A program made the position numbers and the translations under genes. The notes below the pieces were generated by a model. It was given only the letters and a program-made list of their open reading frames with translations, ran no database searches and was not told the DNA's origin. This document shows positions 1 to 11,793 of a stretch of 64,000 bases of DNA, piece by piece (position 1 is the first letter of the stretch; each line of letters begins with the position of its first letter). Location of the stretch: positions 1 to 64,000 of the forward strand of contig NIVC01003207.1 in the NCBI GenBank assembly GCA_002269645.1, in the 5' to 3' direction. The DNA is from Macrostomum lignano. Its lineage: Eukaryota.

Positions 1-1541
1 GCTCATTTTAACAAAACGGCTCAGCCAATCAGAATCGACCGTGTTCCATTATAAAACTGACTGCGGTCCAGTTGGCGGCTATTTAAACCGGAGTTTTTGG
101 CCCGCTCGGACCATTCCTCCCCCGGTTCCTGTTCGACTCTGGCCTGGTTCCTACTCCACCGGCCGGCGGAACTGACACCGTCGTTTCTTGATCCCGCGAT
201 TGCGACCTTCCCCCATCATCATCAAGACGAGTCCCCCGGTCATCAGCAGCGAACATCAAGTTAAGAGCATCACTGCTAGCTAACAGCGAATATTGTGACA
301 GCATCATCCCGAGTCTACAGCTGCAGAGCATCGAGCCGATTCGTCACTGTGGATTACCTGGTCTCCGGCTGTTTGAGTTTCTGATTGGTTGGGTGAGAGG
401 CTACCTAGACTTGCTTGATTGGGTGATCCCTTTTCTGTCCCCTGTTGCAGTAGCTGAATTAGGCGCACACTTTTGCTCATTTTGTTCAGTAGTGCTGTCG
501 CTGAGGCAGAAAATCATTCAATAATACTGCTAGTAGTCTAAGACTCCAATTCAATCTGAAGTGTGAAGTGAACTAAGGAGAAGGTTAAATCTAACAGTTA
601 TTTTTATCGTTTTATTTCTTTGTTCGCCGATGGCTCAGATGAGTAGCTAAGCTAGTAGGCGCCGGTCACAGTGGACCAATGGCAAGGCAGTTCTCAGTCG
701 ACCAATCTATCAATCAGTGAGCAAAACTGCCAGAAGTGCAGAATCGGCGCCAGAGATGTACTTTGTGCACTCTAGGGTAGCCAAGCGGCTCGGGTAAATG
801 AATCATGCGGTCTCTGAAGTTCGAGTTAGTCTATCATCAGCGCTATGAGAGGCTAGTTGGCGCGTTGAAGGCCAAAAGTACATATCTTCGTATTTAGCAA
901 TGTAATAGTACATGCAGCTTACCCCATAGACTCGCCACCGCAAGAATCCCCTGCACAAGTCCCCTCTGTACCTGCATGGCCAATTCGATCTAGTCCTAGC
1001 AGTGTCCCTTATCATCGGCTATGACTTCGAGATTGACAGCAATAAGACACTAGTTGGCAGGTAAGTGCAAAGCCGCCTTCTAGTCGGAAGCCCGATTTCG
1101 AGAGTCCCGGTGTGGTGAGCCAGGGCGCACGGCTGGTGGCAGCAAGTTAGTTGATCTGCGGATTAACTAATTTCTACCTTCTAAATTCTCCCTGCTTGTC
1201 TCTCGCTGTCCCTCTCTTAGCTATAGGACCTAGACTGCTCGCCACACGATCAAGCTACCATGGGGCTGACCATCTGACAGGAGTGGGGGGCCAGGTCTCT
1301 AATTGATTTATTTCTGAGCATGAGGCCCGAAGGCTTCCCTAACAAGGAGCCCCAAGGTCGAAACCCATCAATGCTACCAAATGAAATAGGCCGTGTAAAA
1401 TTAAATAACTTGACACTGTTAATGGTTAAATTATTTGTTAAGTCCGGCTCCAGTCTTATTACTAGTGAGTAATAAATCCTGGTCCCGCGATCTGGTACTA
1501 TGCGGAATTGGGCTTATCATCCCGCCCGTCCCAGAATTCCC

Positions 1542-1896
1542 CTGGGCTATCTGTCTCTCTAGGATTCCAGATCTCCGCTGGGCTATCTGTCTCTCTAGGA
1601 TTCCAGATCTCCGCTGGGCTATCTGTCTCTCTAGGATTCCAGATCTCCGCTGGGCTATCTGTCTCTCTAGGATTCCAGATCTCCGCTGGGCTATCTGTCT
1701 CTCTAGGATTCCAGATCTCCGCTGGGCTATCTGTCTCTCTAGGATTCCAGATCTCCGCTGGGCTATCTGTCTCTCTAGGATTCCAGATCTCCGCTGGGCT
1801 ATCTGTCTCTCTAGGATTCCAGATCTCCGCTGGGCTATCTGTCTCTCTAGGATTCCAGATCTCCGCTGGGCTATCTGTCTCTCTAGGATTCCAGAT
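1542..1896. repeat. 36-bp minisatellite, about 9.8 identical copies
   Basis: Unit CTGGGCTATCTGTCTCTCTAGGATTCCAGATCTCCG repeats without variation. It explains the repetitive ORFs at 1431-1959. Confidence 0.95.
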
Positions 1897-2689
1897 TCCA
1901 GGCCTGGCTTACACAAGCCACTATTAACTAAGACCAGGCTGATACGGCAAAAGAGCTAATATCAAGCGGTGGGCAAGGCAGGGGGGGACTTCAAATTGGT
2001 GCGCGCGGTATTTATACCGAAAGTTCAGTGCATTAAAACAAATAATTGGCATAACGTCGCGCAATTCCCGTACAATAATAATCTGCGCTTGTGCATGAAC
2101 TTCAGTGAATAAATTTGCACGCATTAGTAATCCTAGCTCTCATTAGTACTTTTAACATTATTACGTATACTAGTAGTCCAAGGAGCCCTATCACAGTTTA
2201 TTTCCCCCCGCCGGTGAGGATCGGACCATCGCTGCAGATCGACATCACTTCGACGGAAGGCATTGGTCGCCAGGGGCTAGCGAAATGGGCAGTCACGGCC
2301 TACTCGCTGTATTTGACGGACGATGTCCCCTGCAGCTAAGTCAAGTAATTGTCAAAGTCGTACGCGATGTCTTCGCACCGATCTTTTCTACACCAGAAGC
2401 TAGACCCTTGCCACCGTGATGACACCAGACGTACTGTCCGACCTGTTCAACCCGACCTCGGGGATGCGACGCGACACGCACCTTTTCGTGTTGGTGCTCG
2501 ATAGGGTGCTGCGGAGAGGGGGGGGCTGTGGGGCATGGCTGGTGATCAGCTTCTACTCTTTTAGGGAAGTCGAGATGTCAGTCTTGATATTCTTCTAATT
2601 CTGCATTGGCGCTTTGCTTGATAAGTGAATTAAAAAAAGGGACTTTTAAGAGAATGAAGGATTTACTTTTTTAGGGATAGCGATGTATG

Positions 2690-3745
2690 CCTGTAGCGAT
2701 GGACGTTTGCCTGCGAGACGTTTGCCAGCCGATTTTTGCCAGCCGAAGTTTGCCAGCCGATGTTTGCCAGCCGATATTTGCCAGCCGACGTTTGCCTGCA
2801 GGACGTTTGCCAGCCGGCCGACGTTTGCCTGCGAGACGTTTGCCAGCCGATGTTCGCCAGCCGATGTTTGCCAGCCGACGTTTGCAGCTTGCGGGACGTT
2901 TTGCCAGCCGACGTTTGCCAGCCGAAGTTTTCCAGCCGAGGTTTGCCAGCCGACGTTTGCCAGCCGACGTTGCCAGCCGACGTTTGCCAGCCGACGTTTG
3001 CCTGCGAGACGTTTGCCAGCCGATGTTTGCCAGCAGATGTTTGCCAGCAGATGTTTGCCAGCCGACGTTTGCAGCTTGCGGGACGTTTTGCCAGCCGACG
3101 TTTGCCAGCCGAAGTTTTCCAGCCGAGGTTTGCCAGCCGATGTTTGCCAGCCGACGTTGCCAGCCGACGTTTGCCAGCCGACGTTTGCCTGCGGGACGTT
3201 TGCTTGGCTTTTGAGTTAAGTATAGGCGAGACTAATTAAGCCAATACCATTATGGATGTCTCAGTCTTTTCCCATTTAGCTTGTAAACACTTAGCTTGTT
3301 TGGCCACACTGATGGAAATGGCCATTCCATATGGCATACATAAACACCAACTGTGACGATGGAAACTCCTATTTTGTATTTTTACCTTTATATTTAGGCA
3401 GACAAGAGCAATAACTTCAATAAGGCTAAACATTAGTTTTTTAGTAAACTAGTATATTTACATGTAACAGTAGTAGTAGGGAGCGAGCTGGAATTAGATT
3501 AGTGCTATATCCACAGTTTTCAAACGCAAGTACATGTAAGCCTAGAGGGCAACTTCTTTAACCAAAATAGCCGCCTGCTGCAAATGTCCGGCTGGCCAAC
3601 GTCCCGCAGGCAAACGTCGGCTGGCAAACGTCCAGCAGGCAAACGTCGGCTGGCAAACGTCCAGCAGGCAAACGTCGGCTGGCAAACGTTGGCAGGCAAA
3701 CGGGCCGGCAGGCAAACTTCGCAGACCCGTCAGCTTCAAACGTAG
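2690..3745. mobile_element. Foldback/MITE-like element with convergent arrays of short subterminal repeats
   Basis: An array of (G)TTTGCCAGCCGAC-type units at about 2701-3205 faces its reverse complement (GTCGGCTGGCAAAC) at about 3575-3735, with an AT-rich spacer between them. No TSD was identified. Confidence 0.55.
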
Positions 3746-3909
3746 GCGAGTCAGCACAGCTAGCTGGCAATGGTTAAGGCCGGACTTTAGGATAATGGGT
3801 TTTGTGGCGTAAATCGAGTTTTGAAGATGATGCATGTGCATACAGATTATAGTAGTTTCTATTTAGCAGGTGCAAGCTGCTGAAACGCCTAAGGGCCCAA
3901 AGTTGCTGG

Positions 3910-4160
3910 CCCGCATAGCAAAATTACGTATCCAAATAGAATGTGGAACGTCTCCGATGCGTAACTTTTTTGGTTGCAGGAACGTCCTTGATACGTATCC
4001 AATTTTTATGATCCTCTTAAGAAGCTCGTTTCTACAAAAATGGTGAACAGATAATGCTTGTAATTTTATTTATTATTTATTCCACTTTCCAATATATTCC
4101 AATATTCCATATATTTTAATATATTTATTTGGTATTGGATACGTAATTTTGCTATGCGGG
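3910..4160. mobile_element. 251-bp MITE, possibly CMC/EnSpm-like
   Basis: Perfect 26-bp TIR CCCGCATAGCAAAATTACGTATCCAA (3910-3935 and 4135-4160), flanked by TGG on both sides (candidate 3-bp TSD). Confidence 0.8.
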
Positions 4161-4802
4161 TGGCTATACGAGTAAAATTGTAATTGTAAAAAGCTTTTTA
4201 GAACAATGTTAAAAATATGATGCACAAGTTCCTCTAAAATATTTTCTGAATTTTCCGGTAATTTCAAAACTCGTTTCTTGATTGCAGAAACATTAAGTAT
4301 TTGCCTTTAAATAATTAGCTATTTTTGGGAATAGCATTAAACCAATAAATGCGCGGGTATGACAATTACTGTCTGTAGCACAGCTATTTCTTAAAATATG
4401 CCGTTTGTTTTACCAAGAGAGCTTCTGTGAAATTATCGCGCAAGTTTGACATAGATTCACCAAGATAAAAATTCTACACATCTTTTAAAATTCACACTCT
4501 ACACATCTTACACATCTTAAATACTACATCTTTTTACAAAAAACGCTCTTTCAAATACCTTAATAATTTTACAAATATCGTAACTCGCATCGTAACTCGT
4601 GTAAAAATTTAACCTTTTGAACAAATTTAACCTTTTGAACTTAATCGTAATTAAACAACTAATGCTAAAATAACTTAAATACACAGAAATATACTGGCCA
4701 AACAGGCTTCTTGCCTGAGCCAACTTCCTACTACTACTACTACTACTAAATTTTTGTGGGCTGACATTAATTGCATGAAACGGTGGTAGAGGGTTCCCAT
4801 TT

Positions 4803-4990
4803 CAGTAGCACAACCAGAAATTTTTTGAGGGGGAGGGCGGATTCTGGAGAGTAAAGTCCCGGGAGGGGGGTGGGGGCGGAGGGGTGGCTCTGTTTTTGGC
4901 AAAAATTTGCTTGGTCCCCCTTTTGATTTTTGAGTCTCCGCCTAAAGCGACCTAAGGGGGGGGGCGACCGCCCCCTTGGTTGCGCCACTG
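4803..4990. mobile_element. Degenerate short TIR element (hAT/Tip100-like ends)
   Basis: CAGTAGCACAACCA versus TGGTTGCGCCACTG match at 12 of 14 positions as an inverted repeat. The interior has G-rich subterminal blocks. No TSD was found. Confidence 0.5.
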
Positions 4991-5294
4991 GGTGTTCCTG
5001 ATTGAAAATCATATATGAAAAGAGCTTGTATATTGGATTTTAGCCCAGATAGGCCCTTAAAACAATTGGCTTTCAAAAAATAAAAATAGGTCCAGGATTT
5101 TTTGTTAAAAAAAGAATTACTAATTCTAGATTTATACTAGCTAGGCCTATTGCTGGCCATATATGATATATCAAATTTAAATTTAAATTAACTTTATATA
5201 AAAATATGGATGTCCACATATTTATTCTAGGCCATTTTCTATTTCTATTTACAATACTAACTGACTACTTGCCAGAACCAAAACTAGATAGGCG

Positions 5295-5665
5295 CCATAG
5301 CTGGGAAGGTGGCAGTTTTTAGTGAATTTCCCAGCGCAAATTGGCCCTTTTTTGGCATACACGGCGTACAAGGAAAAATTGGAAATGCTCTGGCGGCGCA
5401 CACTACAATGATGCCTGTTCTGATGACAGCTCCAATGCCAGTGAAGAATCCAGCGATTTGGACATTGACTAATGAGTATTACTCATCCATTGTGTATGAC
5501 TTATGTAATGCCACTTTTACCTTACCTTACCTTACCTTACCTTAGACTTACCTTATCATGGCGCGCTGCGGTGCACAAAATCTTTTCTTCAGGGCGCATG
5601 GCGCACAGTGCTCAAAAGCCATCAAAATAGTTCCGGCGCACACTATGCCACCTTCCCAACTATGG
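5295..5665. mobile_element. 371-bp MITE with 8-bp TSD (hAT- or P-type)
   Basis: TIR CCATAGCTGGGAAGGTGGCA versus TGCCACCTTCCCAACTATGG (19/20). Direct repeat GATAGGCG at 5287-5294 and 5666-5673. Confidence 0.88.
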
Positions 5666-6329
5666 GATAGGCGGCATAGGCATAGGGCCCAAGTAAGGGC
5701 CCAAGCTACCCAGATAACAAATAACTGTCCTAGGGAATTCATACTATGGTCTCTCCAAGCATCTTGCTTCAATGTCCCAGAATTTTCTGGTCAGATATCA
5801 ATATAGACATTCTTATCCAATGTTGCAGACTTGCAGGCACATTGAAACTGGACATTACTGTTAAGAAATGTTAAAGGGTCTCTGAAAGGGTTGTAAAAAT
5901 ATTGTAGTTGAGCAGTCATTCTTCTATATGTGTTATAGTATAGTATTCATACTTTGCTAAAATATAACTTTTGTGATTTGCTGAAATATTATTTTGCCAA
6001 AATGTTTTATAGTCATCTTAATCATTCATATAGGCCTTTATATATTATTTTTTATATGCATTCATGAATTGCTTCTATATATCATACTGGACTCTGGAAA
6101 GATCTTTACACATAAGTAAAACAGCAGCATTTTTAGCTAGTTCAACTTTAAAGCCACAAAACAAAAGCTTCTTGCAAAGAAAAAAGTTTTTATAAACAAA
6201 AGTATTTTAACTTCCATTTAGTAATCATAATTTATATCAGTTATAGGACTAGTTTTATTTGTTATAGCTAGGGGTGGCAAAGCCTAATATTTTAGATCAG
6301 ACAATAGCCAATAGACATAGGGCATAGAG

Positions 6330-7225
6330 CAGGGGTCAGCAAACTTTTTTCAGTGCGGGCCGGATTGGATGACTGGCTGAGGTGGCGGGCCAGAAAAAAT
6401 GCGCAACAAATTGAGGCTATAAATGACAATTTGGTATCCTATAGAATCATTCGTTTAATTATTTTTTGTTTATTTTCAATTCCTTTCTAATTTTAAAGTA
6501 AAAAATGAAACAAGTGAACGATCCAACAGTTGTCTGAATTGAATTTCCGCTAGTTTTTTTAGAACTGGACTTTGTTCAAAATTAGACGTGAAAAGGTGTA
6601 TTGGCAGCTCGGCAGCTAATTTTTCAATCTCAAATGCATCTCCCTTTAAAAGTCTCCCAGCCCCGCCTTTTGACCATAGACATGCATATTAATGCTTTGT
6701 GCGCGCAAAACTGATACTATTTTAAGAATTCCTGACATCAGCGCACAAATTCAAATACAAGTGTATTGTGGAGAGATGTGTCCTGGATAAAATTACCCAG
6801 TGACACTCTTAACCAACGTTAAAGTAGTACCCTCGTGTCGTGATGTGGCAATTGACTATAGCAAACAATTTAGCTGCCAGTACATGTAAACTGTTAGATT
6901 GTTAACTTGTTTCATATTTTTGGACTCTAAAAATAAACAGGAATCGAATTGAAACAAAAAAATAATTTAACAAACAATTCTATAGGATAGCCGACAATTT
7001 TATATGATAGAACAAATACAATCAACAACACCGCAATTGAAATTGACACAGGATTGTGACAGGAATGCCGAGGTGAAAGCTAATTTTGCTTGTAAGTTGA
7101 ATGTTTCAACACAAAATTGGTTCGCGGGCCACTTTTACACTGTTAGATAGTAAGAGTGCTGCGGGCCGGACTTGAAGATGTCGCGGGCCAGATCTGGCCC
7201 GCGGGCCGCAGTTTGCCAACCCCTG
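6330..7225. mobile_element. Non-autonomous hAT (Charlie-type) element, 896 bp
   Basis: TIR CAGGGGTCAGCAAACT versus AGTTTGCCAACCCCTG (14/16), with typical GCGGGCC subterminal motifs. Perfect 8-bp TSD GCATAGAG (6322-6329 and 7226-7233) with a central TA, as in Charlie-family targets. Confidence 0.92.
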
Positions 7226-10200
7226 GCATAGAGGCAACAGGCATGATGGTTCTTTTAAGCTATTAATTAGGATTAAAATTAGGCATACATGTGCAACCTC
7301 TAAAATTTGGTTGGCCATGCAACTTAGTTTTAACAAAAAATGTGACAGTTTTTGGCTAAAAATGCAACTTACATATAAAAGAAACCCTAAAGCAAAATTA
7401 ATGCAACTGAGTAAATAGCAGGAGTAACTATGACTGTCTTATGAAGGAAAAATGCCTCATTATCTACTTAGTACTACTTGGATATTTATTTGGGTAAGCA
7501 TTTTTGCAACTGACCTTGGTTGGCTACCAAATTGGTCAGCCGGATTGGCCAACTTGGTCAACTATTGCACATGTATGAAAAAAAGGCACAAAAATTTATT
7601 AATGTAAATTTTAAGCAATACTTTTATATCTTATTGTGTCCTCATTATGTATCCTATTTTATTTATAGTAATATAATATCCCAAATGTAACGTATCCTAA
7701 AGGTTTTAATGATATTTATGTAATGAATAGTTATTATGTTTCATGTATATTTTGAAACAATATATTAGTAAGTAATAGAAATAAAAGCTTATTTTCATCT
7801 TATAGTACTGTCTTTTTTTTATTGCATTATGATTTTAACTAACTAAATACCAGGTAAGACAAAATGTTACTAATACATTTTATGGAATGGAATTCTTAAG
7901 TAATGTCTCCACTTATCTTTTTCTCTTAAAGACTAGAAAATAGTCTAGATTATAGAAACTTTTTTATTTTCATAACTTATTTACTTATTTTTTTATTCAC
8001 TTTTTAAAAAATGGTAAATTTGTTAGCAGTATATAAAGCAAAAAAGGGAGATAAGGTAGGCTTAAATCAAAAACAAATAAATCAATGACCATGAGTTTTT
8101 GTGTTAGCATGATAGAAGAAGTCAAGCAAGGTTAGAACAAAATGAACAAAGTAAAAGCAAATATTTGAGATAAAATAGGAAATGCAAATAGGAGTAACAG
8201 GTAGATAGAAGAGGGTAGGGAAAAATAAAAAGGCATATTATTCTTCCATGATATCTCTAACTAGTTTGTTGTCCTCCAAATGCCTTGCCCTAGATGACCA
8301 CAGCTTATAACTTGTTGTTCCTTAGTCATCTAACAAACTAGCATAATAGCAAAAAATTAATTTATCTCTTGTTCTTTTGTTTAAAATGAAAATAGGTAAT
8401 TAATCATTACTAAATATACCAAAAACTATTTTATTAGTATATCAGATCAGGAAACATAGGCCTATTGTAATTGCTATCTAAATTAAAATACCTAGGAATG
8501 TCATCAGTTAAATAGTTACTTTATGGTCAAGCTATCAGTTGATAAACTAATTTAATAAATTATCTGCAAAGCAAAGAAAATAAAAAATATATTTATTTAA
8601 TTCTAAAATAAGATTTTGAATATAGGTATATAATATAAGATCATTTTATAGTGTAACAGGGGTTATACTTCTGTCTTTACAAATGATTCCATCTCTGTCA
8701 CTAAGTTGTTACAGGGCTTGACTTCTGTCTTTATAAATTGTTCTAATGTTGATAGCTGCCACCAAGACTATTCTATTAATAAATTATAAGTTTATTAATC
8801 TTAGAATAAGTCTGAGAAATGTTTCTTAGAATTAGTCTGAGTATATATCTGAGTAGTTGTCTGAGTATATATTTGAGAATTTGTCTGAGTATATTGTTCT
8901 GGTTGCATTCTACTAATAATTTGGCCTGAGTGGTATATTGGTCTACTGGTATATGTACTGCATGTACTTCCAATCCTAGGCATTACCAAGATCAGAGGGT
9001 CACAGCCTCCAGTTATTCTTATATGTATCAATTTAGGATCTACTTTGTATTCTCTTACTACTTCCACTTCTCAGTAGTATATACTGTATATGCTTCGGTC
9101 TACTTCACTCTTACTTTTACAAATGAATAATCTCAGAAAATAGCTTCACTTATATTTGCCTGGAACACTCCTTTCTTAGTATGCTCACTTATTACTTCTT
9201 TCTTAGGAACTGCTCTGGAGCCAGTTGCTCTCTCCTTGGCTCAGATCGCATCTATTTATACTAAAATTTTGAGTAGTTTTAAACAAAAATTAATCTAAGA
9301 TCATCAAAACATTACTAGGCATATCATATTCATATGTATAAAAACAAAGGTTTTTGAGAATCAAAGCTAAGTTCTTTAAGATTTCAAAGGCTATTATAAC
9401 TTATAATATGACATTAGAAGATAAAAAGGATAAGATGCATTACTAATGTCTATCAATAATTATAGAAACAATCTTACATTACAAGATTTTCAATGACATT
9501 GAAAAAAGTTGACTTATACTTATAGCATGTTAAAATTACAATTAATATTGACTCAAACCCCTAACCTAGGTCTCTTATTGAAAGCAAAAGCTATTTAAAC
9601 TTCAAAAAGATATATTAAAGCCGATTAACTTTATATTTAAAAGCTTACACTAAGTCTAAGGTTTCAAACTGCATGACTGCATGAAAATGCATGACACTAG
9701 CAAGGGAGACAAACCAAGGTGGAGCATGCCCCTATGATAGGTTGAATATATTCTAATGAGCTTAAAACAAAAGCAATTTAAAGACAATTGTGGCTACTTT
9801 AAAAGGGGGAAAATAAAACTGAATAAAAATTAAGCTAGTAAATTTTAGGCAGAATAGCTGGGCCACAGCAGCCCCACATGGCTTAAAATCCTACTTATGA
9901 AGGCCTTTGAAATGTTTGACTTCTTATGGCAAGTGACTATAAATTTTGTCCAAACCTTAAGTGGTGCTAGCTTTATAAAAATTCTCTAACAGTATTCTAA
10001 AAGCTTCTGCAAAAAACAAAATTATTTAATATTTGAATTTACAATAGTATGTTATAAACCAAATATCAAATATAAATCAATCAAGTAAAGTGGAAAAGGA
10101 TGACTTTATAAGTTTTGGCAACCTCATGTGACTATGTTATATATCATATTTCTTGATAATATACCTTTTTAAATGCTTTCTTCAATTAAAAATGAATAAA

Positions 10201-11793
10201 AACCTCAATATTTTTTGCAGTATTTCTAATAAATTCTAAAATTCTAAAGTCTAAAAACTAATAAATTATACATTATAAATCGAATCAAATAAATCAAATA
10301 GCCAAATAACTATGATAGCCATATAAGAATGAACTGAAAATGTAGGTATAATGCCTATTGCTAGGTTAAGTAGCAATAGGTAAGTAGCAAAGAGAAAAAC
10401 TCTCTTGATCTTTATGTAGTATATATAAGGTTTTGACACTGCACAGAGCCAAGTACAAGGGCTATCATAATAATAGTGTTACTTTTTACTATATTTCTTG
10501 TTCTGCTGATCCAAATGACATCATTTTGCACAGATTTATAGTGGCAACTCTGTTCATATTAACTTTAACATCATTAAAAGCAGACAATAGAAACAAAAGT
10601 TATCAACTAAAATATAGCAGGACTTAATTATAGACTTATAGTAAGTCAACGAGTTAACAAAATTTCGAAGTGGTAGCTGACAAATTGGTAACTGTCTACA
10701 GTGAATGCTGCAAAATGACTGCAGTAAATGACTGCTAAGACCTATGAGCCAACAAAAGTTGAGCATGAATCTTGGCTTAACTGTACCCTGTCCCCCAAAG
10801 GGTATATATAATACTCTTCTGAGCAACATTTGAATGCACATCCAAGAGTTTTAGTAGAGCAAAAAAAGGGAACAAAATCAATAAAGCTGAAGCCTAGTTT
10901 GAAATATTCTGTTGCTTTAAAAGCTATATGCTTCTCCAAGTTTTTCCATTGATATCTTTTTGTCACAGCAGCCTAAAAATGTCTGAGTGCATTCAATCAA
11001 AAGTACTTTTGCTACTTTCTGTTAGCTTGTCAAATTACTATAAGTCTATGGTTGAGGTCCTGCTACATTTTAGTTTATAATCTTTGTTTCCATTGTCTGT
11101 TTTTAATGATGTTAAAGATAATATAAAGGAGAGTTGCTGCTATAAATCTGTGCAAAATGATGTTATTTGGATCAGCAGCAAAAGAGATAGTGAAAAGTAT
11201 AACTACTTTTGGGACAGCCCTTGTACAATGTGTTATACACAATTTGATTTACTGTCATTTTCCCTAATTAATTTGACAAGCATAATTAGGCACATAGGCA
11301 GTGCTAGGAAAAATGAGGCTTATCATGTGTATTAGATTATACATTATGACTAGCAAACCTTAAAAAATTATAGAATAAAATAAACAATTGATACAATATG
11401 AATAATACAGTATATATGATATATTATTAGGCCTATGACATTGAATAAAATGCAAACAAAAGCATAATAATTTCTTTAGTTCCTTATTATATTTTGTCAA
11501 AAGTAATAAAAAGTATTGTCATAAAAAATTTCTAACTTACTAAATCTGTCAAAATTTAATAACTAATCATGTTGGCTAAATTGGCCAACATTTGCCCATG
11601 GATAATTAATCTATTGAGAATATTCTTCACATTTGAAACTATAGAAATTTATATAATGAGAAAAGTTTTGGATAATTATATTTGCATATCTTATAGCTAT
11701 CATTACAGACTCAGATTTTCCTAATATCAGTTTCTTGTTTTATAAACTTCTGCAGAATAATACTTCAAAAGTCTAACAGCATTCAACAAAAAT

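Noticed and set aside
1-2620. Promoter-like CCAAT/TATA motifs and fragmentary coding-like stretches
   Set aside because: No frame gives a recognisable protein and there are multiple stops. It may be a decayed element, but this cannot be supported.
1431-3239. Repetitive ORFs of 139-178 aa
   Set aside because: They result from stop-free tandem repeats read in several frames and both strands.
8640-9260. Minus-strand coding-like stretch with small repeats
   Set aside because: Interrupted by stops, with no recognisable domain.
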